Shown in pieces: positions 43,606-53,173 of a stretch of 64,000 bases of DNA. Both the position numbers and the translations under genes were made by a program. The notes beneath the pieces are model-generated. The model was not told where the DNA came from. It worked only from the letters and a program-made list of their open reading frames with translations, and did no database searches. Source of the DNA: Anaerolineae bacterium (GTDB taxonomy: Bacteria > Chloroflexota > Anaerolineae > Anaerolineales > Villigracilaceae); NCBI GenBank assembly GCA_018648685.1, contig JABGQT010000140.1, forward strand, positions 19,920 to 83,919, given 5' to 3'. The stretch's first letter is position 1. Every line of letters starts with the position of its first letter.

Positions 43606-44001
43606 ATGACAGTACTAACCCTTGATCTCCCGGCTATGTATGGCGATCATCACGTTGTTGAAGTCAGGCGTATTTTGCTTGACCTCGATGGCGTGGAGGA
43701 AGTTTACGCTAGTAGCGGATTTCATGCTGCGGAGATCACCTACAACGCGAAGAAGATAACGAAAAAGGATATAGTGTCAAAGCTTGAGGAAGCCGGCTAT
43801 ATTGGTGAGTTATTTATTCCCCAAGAGACGGGGATTCCCGTCAACCAGGGGAATGGCAGCGCGGATACTTATTATCGACATACAGAGGCATACGCGCAGA
43901 CCGGCAAAGTTGTTAGTTTTGAGCAAGAGGTCGGGCACGGAGGGCGCGGTCTTTGGCCCTGCCCTGGCATGACCCCAATTACCAGTATGGATGAGGAGTA
44001 A
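43606..44001 (+). CDS. HMA-like (ferredoxin-fold) small protein with GDHH in place of the CxxC metal loop, plus a His/Cys-containing tail
   Basis: 131 aa with a strong AAGGAGG RBS. LTLDLPAMYGDHHVVEVRRILLDLDGVEEVYAS...ITKKDIVSKLEEAGY follows the HMA beta-alpha-beta-beta-alpha-beta pattern. The tail carries HGGRGLWPCPGM. The gene ends 3 nt before cooS. Confidence 0.55.
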   Translation: MTVLTLDLPAMYGDHHVVEVRRILLDLDGVEEVYASSGFHAAEITYNAKKITKKDIVSKLEEAGYIGELFIPQETGIPVNQGNGSADTYYRHTEAYAQTGKVVSFEQEVGHGGRGLWPCPGMTPITSMDEE

Positions 44002-44004
44002 AAA

Positions 44005-46020
44005 ATGGCTAAAAAAAGACGAACTCCCCAAGAAGCCAGTAAAGATCCAGCAGCGCAGGAATTGTTAATCCGTGCAGATGAGTTGGGTATTGGCACTGCA
44101 TTTACACGTGCTGACGATATGGTTCCCTGCAATATCGGTGCAGCGGGGATGTGCTGCAAGATATGTAGTATGGGACCCTGCCGCTTGACCAAAGATGGGC
44201 AAACGGGCGTTTGTGGGGCGACGCTCGATACGATCCAGGCTCGGAACTTGGTGCGTGCTATCGCTGCCGGAGCGGCTGCCCATTCCGATCATGGGCGCGA
44301 TATGGCCTTTACTTTGAAGGCTGTGGCAAATGGAGAGACAGAAGGTTATGTTCTCCGAGATGTTGCCAAATTACGCACGGTGGCTGCCTTGTACGATATT
44401 CCAGTTGAAGGTCGTTCTCCTGAAGAAGTTGCGAACGATCTGGCTGATCTTTATATTTCCCAATTTGGGCAACAAAGAGGGCGTGTGGTTGTAACCAAAC
44501 GTGCGCCGGAAAAACGCCAGAAGCTATGGGAAGAACAAGGTGTGATCCCGCGCGGTGTTGACCGTGAAGTTGTTGAGGCTTTGCATCGCACACATATTGG
44601 CGATGATCAGGACCCTGAACATCTTATGCAGCACGCCGTTCGCACATCTCTTGCAGATGGATGGGGCGGTAGCCTGATCGCTACTGATGTATCCGATATT
44701 CTTTTTGGAACGCCAGCCCCTGTTTTAGGGCAAGCCAATTTAGGCGTTTTAAGAGATGACTATGTGAATGTGGTCGTTCATGGGCACGAGCCGACTCTCA
44801 GTGAAATGATTGTTGCGGCATCTCAAACGCCTGAGATCATTGCATACGCTAAAGAAGCCGGCGCACAAGGCGTTCAACTTTCTGGTATTTGTTGTACAGC
44901 TAACGAAATCCTGATGCGACAGGGTATCCCCGCTGCCGGGAATTTCTTGCAGCAAGAGTTAGCAATTTTGACTGGCGCGGTCGAAGCGATGGTTGTTGAC
45001 GTACAGTGCATTATGCAGGCATTGGTTGGCTTGGCTGATAATTTCCACACAGACATCATCACAACTTCGAAAAAAGTCAAGATCAAGGGTGCTACGCATA
45101 TCGAATTTGATGAGCATAAGGCTCTGACCATTGCCAAAGATATTTTGCGCCACGCGATTGATAATTATAAGAATCGCGGTGAAGTGCAAATCCCTGACCA
45201 TCGTACAGATTTGGTGCCGGGTTTCTCACACGAATATATCAACTATATGCTTGGCGGCTCTTATAGAGCTTCCTTCCGCCCACTCAACGATGCGATTATG
45301 TCCGGGCGTATTCGCGGTGTTGCTGCGATCGTCGGATGCAATAATCCGCGCAGTCAACATGACCATTTGCATACTTATGTTACAAAAGAATTGCTCAAGC
45401 AGGATGTCTTGATCGTCGAGACAGGCTGTGGCGCAATTGCTTGTGCGAAAGAAGGTCTGCTGCTCGGCGAAGCAGGTTTGGATAAAGTCGGACCCGGATT
45501 AAAAGAAGTCTGCGAAACCATCGGCATTCCGCCTGTACTGCACATGGGATCATGTGTTGACAACACCCGCATTTTGACGGTGCTTACCCAAGTTGTTGCT
45601 GAGGGCGGTCTCGGAGATGATATTGACCAGGTTCCCGCTGTGGGCTTGGCACCAGAGTGGATGAGCGAGAAAGCGCTCTCCATCGGCACTTATTGTGTCG
45701 CTTCTGGCGCTTACGTCATCTTTGGCGGCAATTCGCCCGTCAGCGGTATGCCAGATCGAGTATCCGATAGCGACCTTGTGACGAAGATCATCGGCGAAGG
45801 CTGGGAAGAGTTATACGGCGGCAAGCTGGAATTCATTCCCGAGCCTGATAAAATGATCGAAGCTACGCTGGCGCATATTGATAAAAAGCGTGCCGATCTT
45901 GGATTGCCAGAATATGACCCCGAGAAATTTGGTCAAAGTGGTGACGCTCGCATGTTGGAATTGGAAGAACTCCCACTCGCAGAACGCCGAGAATCCATCT
46001 ACGGCGCAGCAGCAGATTAG
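44005..46020 (+). CDS. cooS: Anaerobic Ni-dependent carbon monoxide dehydrogenase catalytic subunit (CooS/AcsA)
   Basis: 671 aa with the N-terminal Cys cluster (CNIGAAGMCCKICSMGPCR), HGHEP and C-cluster blocks (SGICCT, GCNN, HMGSCVDN). Confidence 0.95.
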   Translation: MAKKRRTPQEASKDPAAQELLIRADELGIGTAFTRADDMVPCNIGAAGMCCKICSMGPCRLTKDGQTGVCGATLDTIQARNLVRAIAAGAAAHSDHGRDMAFTLKAVANGETEGYVLRDVAKLRTVAALYDIPVEGRSPEEVANDLADLYISQFGQQRGRVVVTKRAPEKRQKLWEEQGVIPRGVDREVVEALHRTHIGDDQDPEHLMQHAVRTSLADGWGGSLIATDVSDILFGTPAPVLGQANLGVLRDDYVNVVVHGHEPTLSEMIVAASQTPEIIAYAKEAGAQGVQLSGICCTANEILMRQGIPAAGNFLQQELAILTGAVEAMVVDVQCIMQALVGLADNFHTDIITTSKKVKIKGATHIEFDEHKALTIAKDILRHAIDNYKNRGEVQIPDHRTDLVPGFSHEYINYMLGGSYRASFRPLNDAIMSGRIRGVAAIVGCNNPRSQHDHLHTYVTKELLKQDVLIVETGCGAIACAKEGLLLGEAGLDKVGPGLKEVCETIGIPPVLHMGSCVDNTRILTVLTQVVAEGGLGDDIDQVPAVGLAPEWMSEKALSIGTYCVASGAYVIFGGNSPVSGMPDRVSDSDLVTKIIGEGWEELYGGKLEFIPEPDKMIEATLAHIDKKRADLGLPEYDPEKFGQSGDARMLELEELPLAERRESIYGAAAD

Positions 46021-46031
46021 GAGGAGAAAAA

Positions 46032-49000
46032 ATGTCAAAATATATTGCAACTCGTGCGATACGCGGTGCTAATTCCTTAGTTGTTGAAGCGGAGACGATG
46101 CTTCAACAGGCACTTGCAGAAAAAGGCCCCGATACAGTCGTGGAATTTCCTAATACCGCTTATTTCCTGCCGACCATTTTTGCGATGACGGGTATGGAAA
46201 TTGAAACTCTGGGGCAACTTGGAGATGCGTTAAACCATGCTCGTTCTCTTTTGCATCCTATCCCCGCTGATAATCATTGGACTCCCTATCTTGGAGAAAC
46301 TCTTGATAGCGGCATGGCAACGCTTTTGGCTGCCGAGATCATTGAAGCCATTCGTTTTATTTATGGCTTGCAACCAGAACCCTTCCCCGGGATTGAACTG
46401 ACCGGCGGCACAGCCTACCCCGAACTTGATAACGGTGGTGGACCTGCTGGGCATCTCAATGGTCCGATTGATGATATTCAATTACGTTCCTGGGGCATCC
46501 AATTGGTCGATGGTCGTATGCCCGGCTTCGCCGCCATCGTTGGCGCAGCCAAAGATAATAAAACGGCTGTCAAGATCGTGCGCGAGCTTCAACAGCGCAA
46601 TATCCTGGTTTTCCTCTCTGGTAATGTAAATGGACGCAGTATTATCCATCAATTGCAGGAAGAAGGAATTGAACTCGGCTACGATACATACACAATCCCC
46701 TTCGGCACGGATACGATCAGTGCCATCTACGCATTGGGATTTGCTGCTCGTTCAGCATTAACCTTTGGCGGTATTGATGCAGGTCAGGCACGCGATATTT
46801 TGCTCTATAACAAGAAGCGCGTTTTTGCTTTTGTGCTGGCTCTAGGTGAAGTCGATGACCTTAAATACGCCGCTGCTGCGGGAGCGATCAACTTTGGCTT
46901 CCCTGTTATTGCGGATACTGTTATTCCCGAGATTTTGCCCACAGGCGTGACGGATTATGAGCACGTTATCTCCATGCCTTTTGAAGAGATCGAAGGCGCA
47001 GATGATATGGAACGTGCTGAACGCCTTGTGCAAAAATGCATCGAAGTACGCGGTGTCAAGATCAAGATGACCGAAGTGCCTGTCCCCATTCCTTACGGCT
47101 CAGCTTTCGAAGGTGAAGTTGTCCGCAAAAACGATATGCGCGTTGAATTTGGTGGCAAATACTCCCGCTGTTTCGAGTTCCTACAGATGAAAGATATGGA
47201 CGAAGTCACCGATGGCGTTGTTCAAATCATTGGCCCCAATTTTGATGATCTCAAAGACAAAGGTGCTATGGACTTAGGCATCGTTGTCGAAGTGGCTGGG
47301 CGAAAATTACAGGAGGATTTCGAACCTGTACTTGAACGCCAAATTCACTATTTCGTCAATGGCGGCTCTGGCTTACAACATATTGGTCAGCGAGATATTG
47401 CCTGGATACGAATCTCCACAGAAGCTGTTGAAAAAGGCTTCACGCTAGAGCATATTGGCACAATTCTTCATGCTCGCTTACATGCAGAATTTGGCACGAT
47501 CATTGATAAAGTGAAAGTTACTTTATATACCGACCCGGATAAAGTGACCGAATGGCTGGAAAAAGCCCGCGAAGCCTATGATTTCCGCAATAAACGTCTG
47601 GCAGACCTGACAGATAACGCTGTTGATGAATTCTACTCTTGTACACTCTGTCAATCCTTTGCCCCCAACCATGTCTGCATCGTCAGCCCGGAACGTCTCG
47701 GTCTTTGTGGCGCGTATAACTGGCTGGACTGCAAAGCATCCTTCAGCATCAATCCCACAGGCCCCAACCAGCCCATTCAGCTTGGTAAATTAATTGATCC
47801 CGAAATTGGTTATTGGTCGGGCACGCTCGACTATGCCAACGTCGGCTCTCATGGTGTGATAACGGACATCTCCATGTATTCCATCATGGAAAACCCGATG
47901 ACAGCTTGTGGTTGTTTTGAGTGCATCGTCATGTACGTCCCCGAAGTCGAAGGTGTTTTCATTGTCAGCCGAGAAGATACCGGCATGACCCCGATGGGCA
48001 TGAAATTCTCCACGCTGGCAGGTATGGCTGGCGGTGGTATGCAAACCCCCGGTGTGATGGGCATTGGTAAATTCTACCTAATTAGCCCCAAATTCATCTC
48101 AGCAGATGGCGGTTTTAAACGTGTCGTCTGGATGAGCAAGAATCTCAAAGACAGCATGAGCGCCGAATTCCAGGGCGTTGCCGACCGTGAAGGCATCCCT
48201 GATTTGATCGAGCGTATCGCTGATAGCGAAAATGTCACCACCGTTGAAGAACTGGTCGAATGGGTGAAAGAAAAAGATCACCCCGTGCTGGATATGGGAC
48301 CGATGGTCGCCAAATCTGCGCGTGTTGATGGTGCGGATGATGTGATTGCCCAAGCTAAAGCCGTCGTTGAAGCGGCTGTGGCAAAAGAAGAAATCCCAGC
48401 AGCGGATGTGGAGCCGGAACCCTCTCAACCGGAACCTGCTCCGGTTGTGGAAACACCGCCTGCCTCGAAAGTGGTGAAGCAACCCAGCGTCCAAGCAGAA
48501 TCCGGTTCACTCGAAGATAGAGTCGATAGACTGGAGCGTTCCGTCAAGACTCTGATCGGATCACTGGTTGGCGCACTAGCAGAACTTGGCGGGGATGTCC
48601 CCGAAGTTCAAATCGCCCCACAAGCAGCGCCCGTTGCAGTAGCTCCTATCCAGAAAATCGAAGCAGAAGCGCCGCCAAAAATTGAACTTGCCCCAGATAA
48701 ACCCTGGCTTACGGATGACACCAAAACAGAAATTCTCAAAGAAAATTGGACAGGTGTCGTGCGCGAAATCCAGATCGGCGCAACCGCAGCGGATGGCGGC
48801 ACGCGTACTAGCATTGCTAAAGTGGGCGGCGAAACAGCCATGCCCTTCATGGATTTTGAAGGCGCAATGCCCAATAAGCCGCTGATCGCGATAGAGATCA
48901 AAGATCGTCGTCCCGATGATTGGTCAGAATTGCTCTTGAAAGAATGGGGCGATGCCCTGAACGATCCCGGAACCTGGGCGAAAGCCGCTGAAGAAGCTGG

Positions 49001-49682
49001 CGCAGATCTGCTCCAAATGACTCTTTCACTGACCGATGTTGATGGAAATCCGACCAAACCAGAAGCTGCCGTCGCCGCTGTCCGCAAAGTGCTGGATACG
49101 ACAGGATTGCCGCTAATGGTCTTTGGCCCCGGGCAAGTTGATATTGATAACGAATTGATGGTGCCAATCGCTGATGCTTTCAAGGGCGAACGTTTGCTCC
49201 TGGGTCTCTGCGAAGATAAAAACTATCGCACGATAGTCGCTTCTGCGATGGCAAATGGTCATCTGGTCAATGCCCGCACCGCGATGGATGTCAACTTAGC
49301 AAAACAACTTAACATCCTGATAAACGATATGGGTCTCCCGCTGGATCGCATCATTATGGATCCGACCACAGGCGCACTGGGCTATGGCTTTGAGTATGGC
49401 TATTCGGTCATGGAGCGCTTACGGATGGCAGCATTGCAAGGCGACAGCATGACCCAGATGCCAATGTTAGTCACGCCCGGCGAAGAATGCTGGAAGACCA
49501 AAGAAGCAAAGGTTGGCACCGATATTCCCGAAACCTGGGGTGATTGGCTTGAACGCTCAATTACCTGGGAAACACTAACCTCGGTGATGCTCCTCGAAGC
49601 AGGCGCCGATATTGTCACCTTAAGGCATCCCGAAAGCCTGCGGCGTACAGGTCAAGCGATTAATGATCTGATGGGAAAGTAA
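46032..49682 (+). CDS. acsB: Acetyl-CoA synthase AcsB fused through a ~140-aa linker to an AcsD-like (corrinoid Fe-S protein small subunit) domain
   Basis: Uninterrupted 1216-aa ORF. Residues 1 to ~760 are collinear with AcsB and carry the A-cluster motifs (CTLCQSFAPNHVCIV, LCGA, ACGCFEC). Residues ~900-1216 match AcsD/CdhD-type TIM-barrel blocks (KVGGETAMPF, NILINDMGLPLDRIIMDPTTGALGYGFEY, VTLRHPES). Confidence 0.9.
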   Translation: MSKYIATRAIRGANSLVVEAETMLQQALAEKGPDTVVEFPNTAYFLPTIFAMTGMEIETLGQLGDALNHARSLLHPIPADNHWTPYLGETLDSGMATLLAAEIIEAIRFIYGLQPEPFPGIELTGGTAYPELDNGGGPAGHLNGPIDDIQLRSWGIQLVDGRMPGFAAIVGAAKDNKTAVKIVRELQQRNILVFLSGNVNGRSIIHQLQEEGIELGYDTYTIPFGTDTISAIYALGFAARSALTFGGIDAGQARDILLYNKKRVFAFVLALGEVDDLKYAAAAGAINFGFPVIADTVIPEILPTGVTDYEHVISMPFEEIEGADDMERAERLVQKCIEVRGVKIKMTEVPVPIPYGSAFEGEVVRKNDMRVEFGGKYSRCFEFLQMKDMDEVTDGVVQIIGPNFDDLKDKGAMDLGIVVEVAGRKLQEDFEPVLERQIHYFVNGGSGLQHIGQRDIAWIRISTEAVEKGFTLEHIGTILHARLHAEFGTIIDKVKVTLYTDPDKVTEWLEKAREAYDFRNKRLADLTDNAVDEFYSCTLCQSFAPNHVCIVSPERLGLCGAYNWLDCKASFSINPTGPNQPIQLGKLIDPEIGYWSGTLDYANVGSHGVITDISMYSIMENPMTACGCFECIVMYVPEVEGVFIVSREDTGMTPMGMKFSTLAGMAGGGMQTPGVMGIGKFYLISPKFISADGGFKRVVWMSKNLKDSMSAEFQGVADREGIPDLIERIADSENVTTVEELVEWVKEKDHPVLDMGPMVAKSARVDGADDVIAQAKAVVEAAVAKEEIPAADVEPEPSQPEPAPVVETPPASKVVKQPSVQAESGSLEDRVDRLERSVKTLIGSLVGALAELGGDVPEVQIAPQAAPVAVAPIQKIEAEAPPKIELAPDKPWLTDDTKTEILKENWTGVVREIQIGATAADGGTRTSIAKVGGETAMPFMDFEGAMPNKPLIAIEIKDRRPDDWSELLLKEWGDALNDPGTWAKAAEEAGADLLQMTLSLTDVDGNPTKPEAAVAAVRKVLDTTGLPLMVFGPGQVDIDNELMVPIADAFKGERLLLGLCEDKNYRTIVASAMANGHLVNARTAMDVNLAKQLNILINDMGLPLDRIIMDPTTGALGYGFEYGYSVMERLRMAALQGDSMTQMPMLVTPGEECWKTKEAKVGTDIPETWGDWLERSITWETLTSVMLLEAGADIVTLRHPESLRRTGQAINDLMGK

Positions 49683-49697
49683 CGAGTTGAAAATTAC

Positions 49698-49729
49698 AGG
49701 TTGCAGGTTAAAGATTTGACCTGCAACCT
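49698..49729 (+). other. Intercistronic hairpin after the acsB-acsD fusion
   Basis: AGGTTGCAGGT pairs with ACCTGCAACCT (11 bp, 10-nt loop). It is flanked by GTTGAA on the left and three TTCAAC words on the right. Confidence 0.7.
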
Positions 49730-49767
49730 TTCAACCTTCAACTTTCAACGATATTTGGAGAAAAAAC

Positions 49768-51099
49768 ATGGCACTATCAGGTATTGAAATTTATAAAATG
49801 CTCCCGCAGACGAATTGCAAGGAATGTGATTTTCCGACCTGTTTAGCATTCGCAATGAAGCTGGCAGCCAAACAAGTCGAATTGTCCTTGTGTCCTCACG
49901 TCAGCGAAGAATCGAAAGCCTTGCTTTCTGAAGCCGCTGCACCCCCTGTGCGCCCATTTGCGCTCAAGTCGAATGGATACGAAGCCAAAGCGGGCAACGA
50001 GGTTGTCCTCTTCCGTCACGAAAAAACCTTTTACAGTCGCCCCGGACTTTTTGTGCGAGTCTATGATTCGCAAAGCCAAGAAGAGATCAAAAACAAAGTC
50101 GCACCAGCCGATGCCTATGTCGTTGACTATGTTGGCATCGAACTGGAAATGGGCGGATTTGTCGTTCAGGCAGATGGCGGCGATTTTGCTAAAGCTGTTA
50201 GCGCGGTGCGAGAAGTTAGTCATCGTCCGCTTATTTTGATCGGTGAGCCAGCCCAACTCAAAGCTGGTTTGGCTGCGCTTAATGGGGATGAGAAAGTGAT
50301 GTTGGCTCATGCCACAGCCGAGAATTGGGAAGAAATGGCAGCGTTGGCAAAAGAATACGATGCCGCTCTTGCTATTGAAGCTGATTCCGTTGATGGAATG
50401 GTATCTCTATCCGAACAGGCACAGGGTGCCGGAGTCAAAGACATTGTCCTTTCGCCTACGCAGCGTGGCTTCCGTGGCACGCTCACGGCAAATACCGTTG
50501 CCCGACGCATGGCGCTTAAGAAGAACTTCCGTCCGCTCGGATTCCCGATCATCAGCTTTCCTGGCGATATTGGCGATGCAAATCGTGAAGCCACTTTGGC
50601 GGCGCAAGCTATCGGTAAATATAGCGGCTTTATCGTGCTGGATCATTTCTCGCCTGAAGTCGCTTACGCTCTCTTGGTCTTGCGAGAGAATATCTACACC
50701 GATCCGCAAAAACCGATTCAAGTGCAACCCGGCGTTTACGAGATCAACGATCCCGGCCCTGATTCACCCGTTCTTGTCACGACCAATTTCAGCATCACCT
50801 ATTTCAGCGTTGCCAACGAAGTCGAAAGCTCTGGGAATCCCTCCTGGCTATTGGTAACAGAATCTGAGGGTATGAGCGTGCTAACGGCTTGGGCGGCTGG
50901 CAAATTTGACGCAGAAGTGATAGCGAAAGATGTCAAACGCTTTGAAGTTGCCGATAAGGTCGACAAAAGAAATATCGTTCTGCCCGGTCACACAGCTGTA
51001 CTTTCCGGCGAGCTTGAAGAAGAACTCCCCGATTGGAATGTTCTCGTCGGACCACGCGAGGCAGTGGATATTCCCGCATATCTGAAAACAGTAGCCTAA
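49768..51099 (+). CDS. acsC: Corrinoid iron-sulfur protein large subunit AcsC
   Basis: 443 aa with the N-terminal [4Fe-4S] motif (CKECDFPTCLAFAMKLA...CP) and a C-terminal B12-binding Rossmann-like part. Confidence 0.9.
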   Translation: MALSGIEIYKMLPQTNCKECDFPTCLAFAMKLAAKQVELSLCPHVSEESKALLSEAAAPPVRPFALKSNGYEAKAGNEVVLFRHEKTFYSRPGLFVRVYDSQSQEEIKNKVAPADAYVVDYVGIELEMGGFVVQADGGDFAKAVSAVREVSHRPLILIGEPAQLKAGLAALNGDEKVMLAHATAENWEEMAALAKEYDAALAIEADSVDGMVSLSEQAQGAGVKDIVLSPTQRGFRGTLTANTVARRMALKKNFRPLGFPIISFPGDIGDANREATLAAQAIGKYSGFIVLDHFSPEVAYALLVLRENIYTDPQKPIQVQPGVYEINDPGPDSPVLVTTNFSITYFSVANEVESSGNPSWLLVTESEGMSVLTAWAAGKFDAEVIAKDVKRFEVADKVDKRNIVLPGHTAVLSGELEEELPDWNVLVGPREAVDIPAYLKTVA

Positions 51100-51100
51100 A

Positions 51101-51159
51101 CAGTGAGCAGTAATCAGTGGTCGGTAATCAGTAAAACGACCACTGGCTACTGCCTACTG
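51101..51159 (+). other. Intercistronic long hairpin after acsC built from CAGTNNN words
   Basis: CAGTGAGCAGTAATCAGTGGTCG versus the reverse complement of CGACCACTGGCTACTGCCTACTG gives 19 of 23 positions paired. It starts 2 nt after the stop. Confidence 0.7.
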
Positions 51160-51190
51160 ACCACCGAAGATTGAACACTGGATACTGAAA

Positions 51191-53119
51191 ATGGCTGAAC
51201 ACATCGTAAAATTTGATATTGCATCTGAGCCAGTCAGCGTGCCCACAGGCACTTTGATCTCTGAAGCTGCTGAGAAAGTTGGTATAGAAATTAATCAACC
51301 CTGCGGCGGGCAAGGGCGTTGCGGGCGTTGCGCTGTCATCGTCACTAAAGGGGATGCTGGCATACGCCGTCGTAGTGCTTTGCGCCTATCTGCTGAAGAT
51401 ATTAAAACTGGCTACGCCTTAGCATGCCAATCCGTGATCGAGGGAGATGTCGAGATCACTGTACCGCCTCAGGAGAAAATTCAGCGTCGCTTAACCACAG
51501 ATCGTACTGTTGGCAAAGTTGCTCTGCCTGTTGGCTATGATCCGCAACAAGGGCAGACCATTCGGCGAGTTAGGCTTAGTTTGCCTCCCCCGAGCATGAG
51601 TGACCAAACTGATGACTGGAGTCGTTTACAGACCGCATTGCGCAAAGAAACCGGTATTCCAAAATTGCAAACATCTCTTGAATCTATCCGAAATATCGGC
51701 TCTACCTTCCGAGAGAAGGATTGGCAGGTTACTGCAACGCTCATTTCAAAAACCTGGGATTGCCCCGATTGCCCAGCGCAATTATTGACTCTCACCTCAG
51801 GTCATTTAGAGGAAGATGCTCCTCTTTGGGGCGTGGCAATAGATATTGGCACAACCACCGTCTCGGTTTGGATGGTTGAGTTGCTGACAGGAGAAGTAAA
51901 GGCACAGGTTGCTGAATATAACCAGCAAATCTCACGGGGCGAGGATGTTATTTCTCGCATTATTGTTGCCAGCAAAGATGGTGGCAGTGAAAAAATGCGA
52001 GATCTGGTTGTGGGCACGATCAATGATTTGCTCGTACGGGTTTGCAAACGGCTGGGTGCCAAAACAAAGGAGATCATGAAAGCGACGATCTCTGGTAATA
52101 GCACCATGATGCATCTCCTGTTGGGAATTCCCGCAACGAGTATTCGGCTCTCGCCCTTTGTGACGGCCGCTAACCACATCCCGACCTTAAATGCTGTGGA
52201 TGTGGGCTTGGACATTCATCCGCAGGCAATTGTTGATTGTTTGCCCGGCGTTGCCAGTTATGTCGGTGCAGATATTAGTGCCGGTGTACTCTCGTCGGGG
52301 ATGACGGATTCAGAGGATATGGTCCTCTTCCTGGATGTTGGTACCAATGGAGAAACGGTTCTCGGCTCAAAGGATTGGCTCGTGACTTGCGCCTGTTCAG
52401 CTGGTCCCGCTTTTGAAGGTGCCGGGGTCTTATACGGGATGCGTGCTACCAAAGGCGCGATCGAAGAAGTTTGGGTTAACGGTGAAACGCATGAGCCGAC
52501 CTTCCGTGTCATAGGCGGTAGCAAGCCAGAGGGCATGTGCGGCAGCGGTTTGATATCCCTCCTGGCAGAGATGTTTTTAACAGGCGTGGTTGATAAGGGG
52601 GGCAAGGTGAATACGAAACTTCCTACATCACGCACACGGGATGGTGAGCATGGTGGGGAGTATGTTGTCTTTTGGGCAGCTGAAACCAGTGCCGGAGAAG
52701 ATATCGTCATCACTAATGTTGATATTGACAATCTCTTGCGTGCCAAAGCTGCGATTTATGCTGGATTTGCTGTTCTGGCTGAGAATGTTGGTGTTACGCT
52801 GGATATGGCTACGCAGGTTTTGATTGGCGGCTCATTTGGCAAATATATCAATGTTGAAAAAGCAGTTGAGATCGGTTTGTTGCCTGACCTGCCTTGGGAT
52901 CGCTTCCAGTTTTTGGGCAATACCTCTGTACAAGGCGCTTATCTGGCATTGATCGATCACGAAGCGCGCAACCGTATTAAAGAGATTGCCGCAAGTATGA
53001 CCTATATTGAGTTATCGGCTGATAATAAATTCTATGATGCATTTATGTCGGCGCTGTTCTTACCACACACAGATTTGAGTTTGTTCCCCTCTGTGGCAAA
53101 GGTAATAGAAGATAAATAA
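51191..53119 (+). CDS. Reductive activator of the corrinoid Fe-S protein (RACo/AcsV-type, ASKHA ATPase with an N-terminal [2Fe-2S] ferredoxin domain)
   Basis: 642 aa with CGGQGRCGRCAV...LACQS. The ASKHA-type blocks IDIGTTT and LDVGTNGE are present. Confidence 0.85.
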   Translation: MAEHIVKFDIASEPVSVPTGTLISEAAEKVGIEINQPCGGQGRCGRCAVIVTKGDAGIRRRSALRLSAEDIKTGYALACQSVIEGDVEITVPPQEKIQRRLTTDRTVGKVALPVGYDPQQGQTIRRVRLSLPPPSMSDQTDDWSRLQTALRKETGIPKLQTSLESIRNIGSTFREKDWQVTATLISKTWDCPDCPAQLLTLTSGHLEEDAPLWGVAIDIGTTTVSVWMVELLTGEVKAQVAEYNQQISRGEDVISRIIVASKDGGSEKMRDLVVGTINDLLVRVCKRLGAKTKEIMKATISGNSTMMHLLLGIPATSIRLSPFVTAANHIPTLNAVDVGLDIHPQAIVDCLPGVASYVGADISAGVLSSGMTDSEDMVLFLDVGTNGETVLGSKDWLVTCACSAGPAFEGAGVLYGMRATKGAIEEVWVNGETHEPTFRVIGGSKPEGMCGSGLISLLAEMFLTGVVDKGGKVNTKLPTSRTRDGEHGGEYVVFWAAETSAGEDIVITNVDIDNLLRAKAAIYAGFAVLAENVGVTLDMATQVLIGGSFGKYINVEKAVEIGLLPDLPWDRFQFLGNTSVQGAYLALIDHEARNRIKEIAASMTYIELSADNKFYDAFMSALFLPHTDLSLFPSVAKVIEDK

Positions 53120-53173
53120 GCATACAAATGTACGTGTTTTGTATATGAGACCTACTTAAATAAAGGAGAATCC

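Noticed and set aside
49730-49750. Short tandem word repeats (TTCAAC here; also ATCCGC at 59384-59412 and CAGATT at 22826-22849) as a CRISPR array
   Set aside because: The units are 6-10 nt with no spacers of unique sequence, far below CRISPR repeat/spacer dimensions. No cas genes are present.
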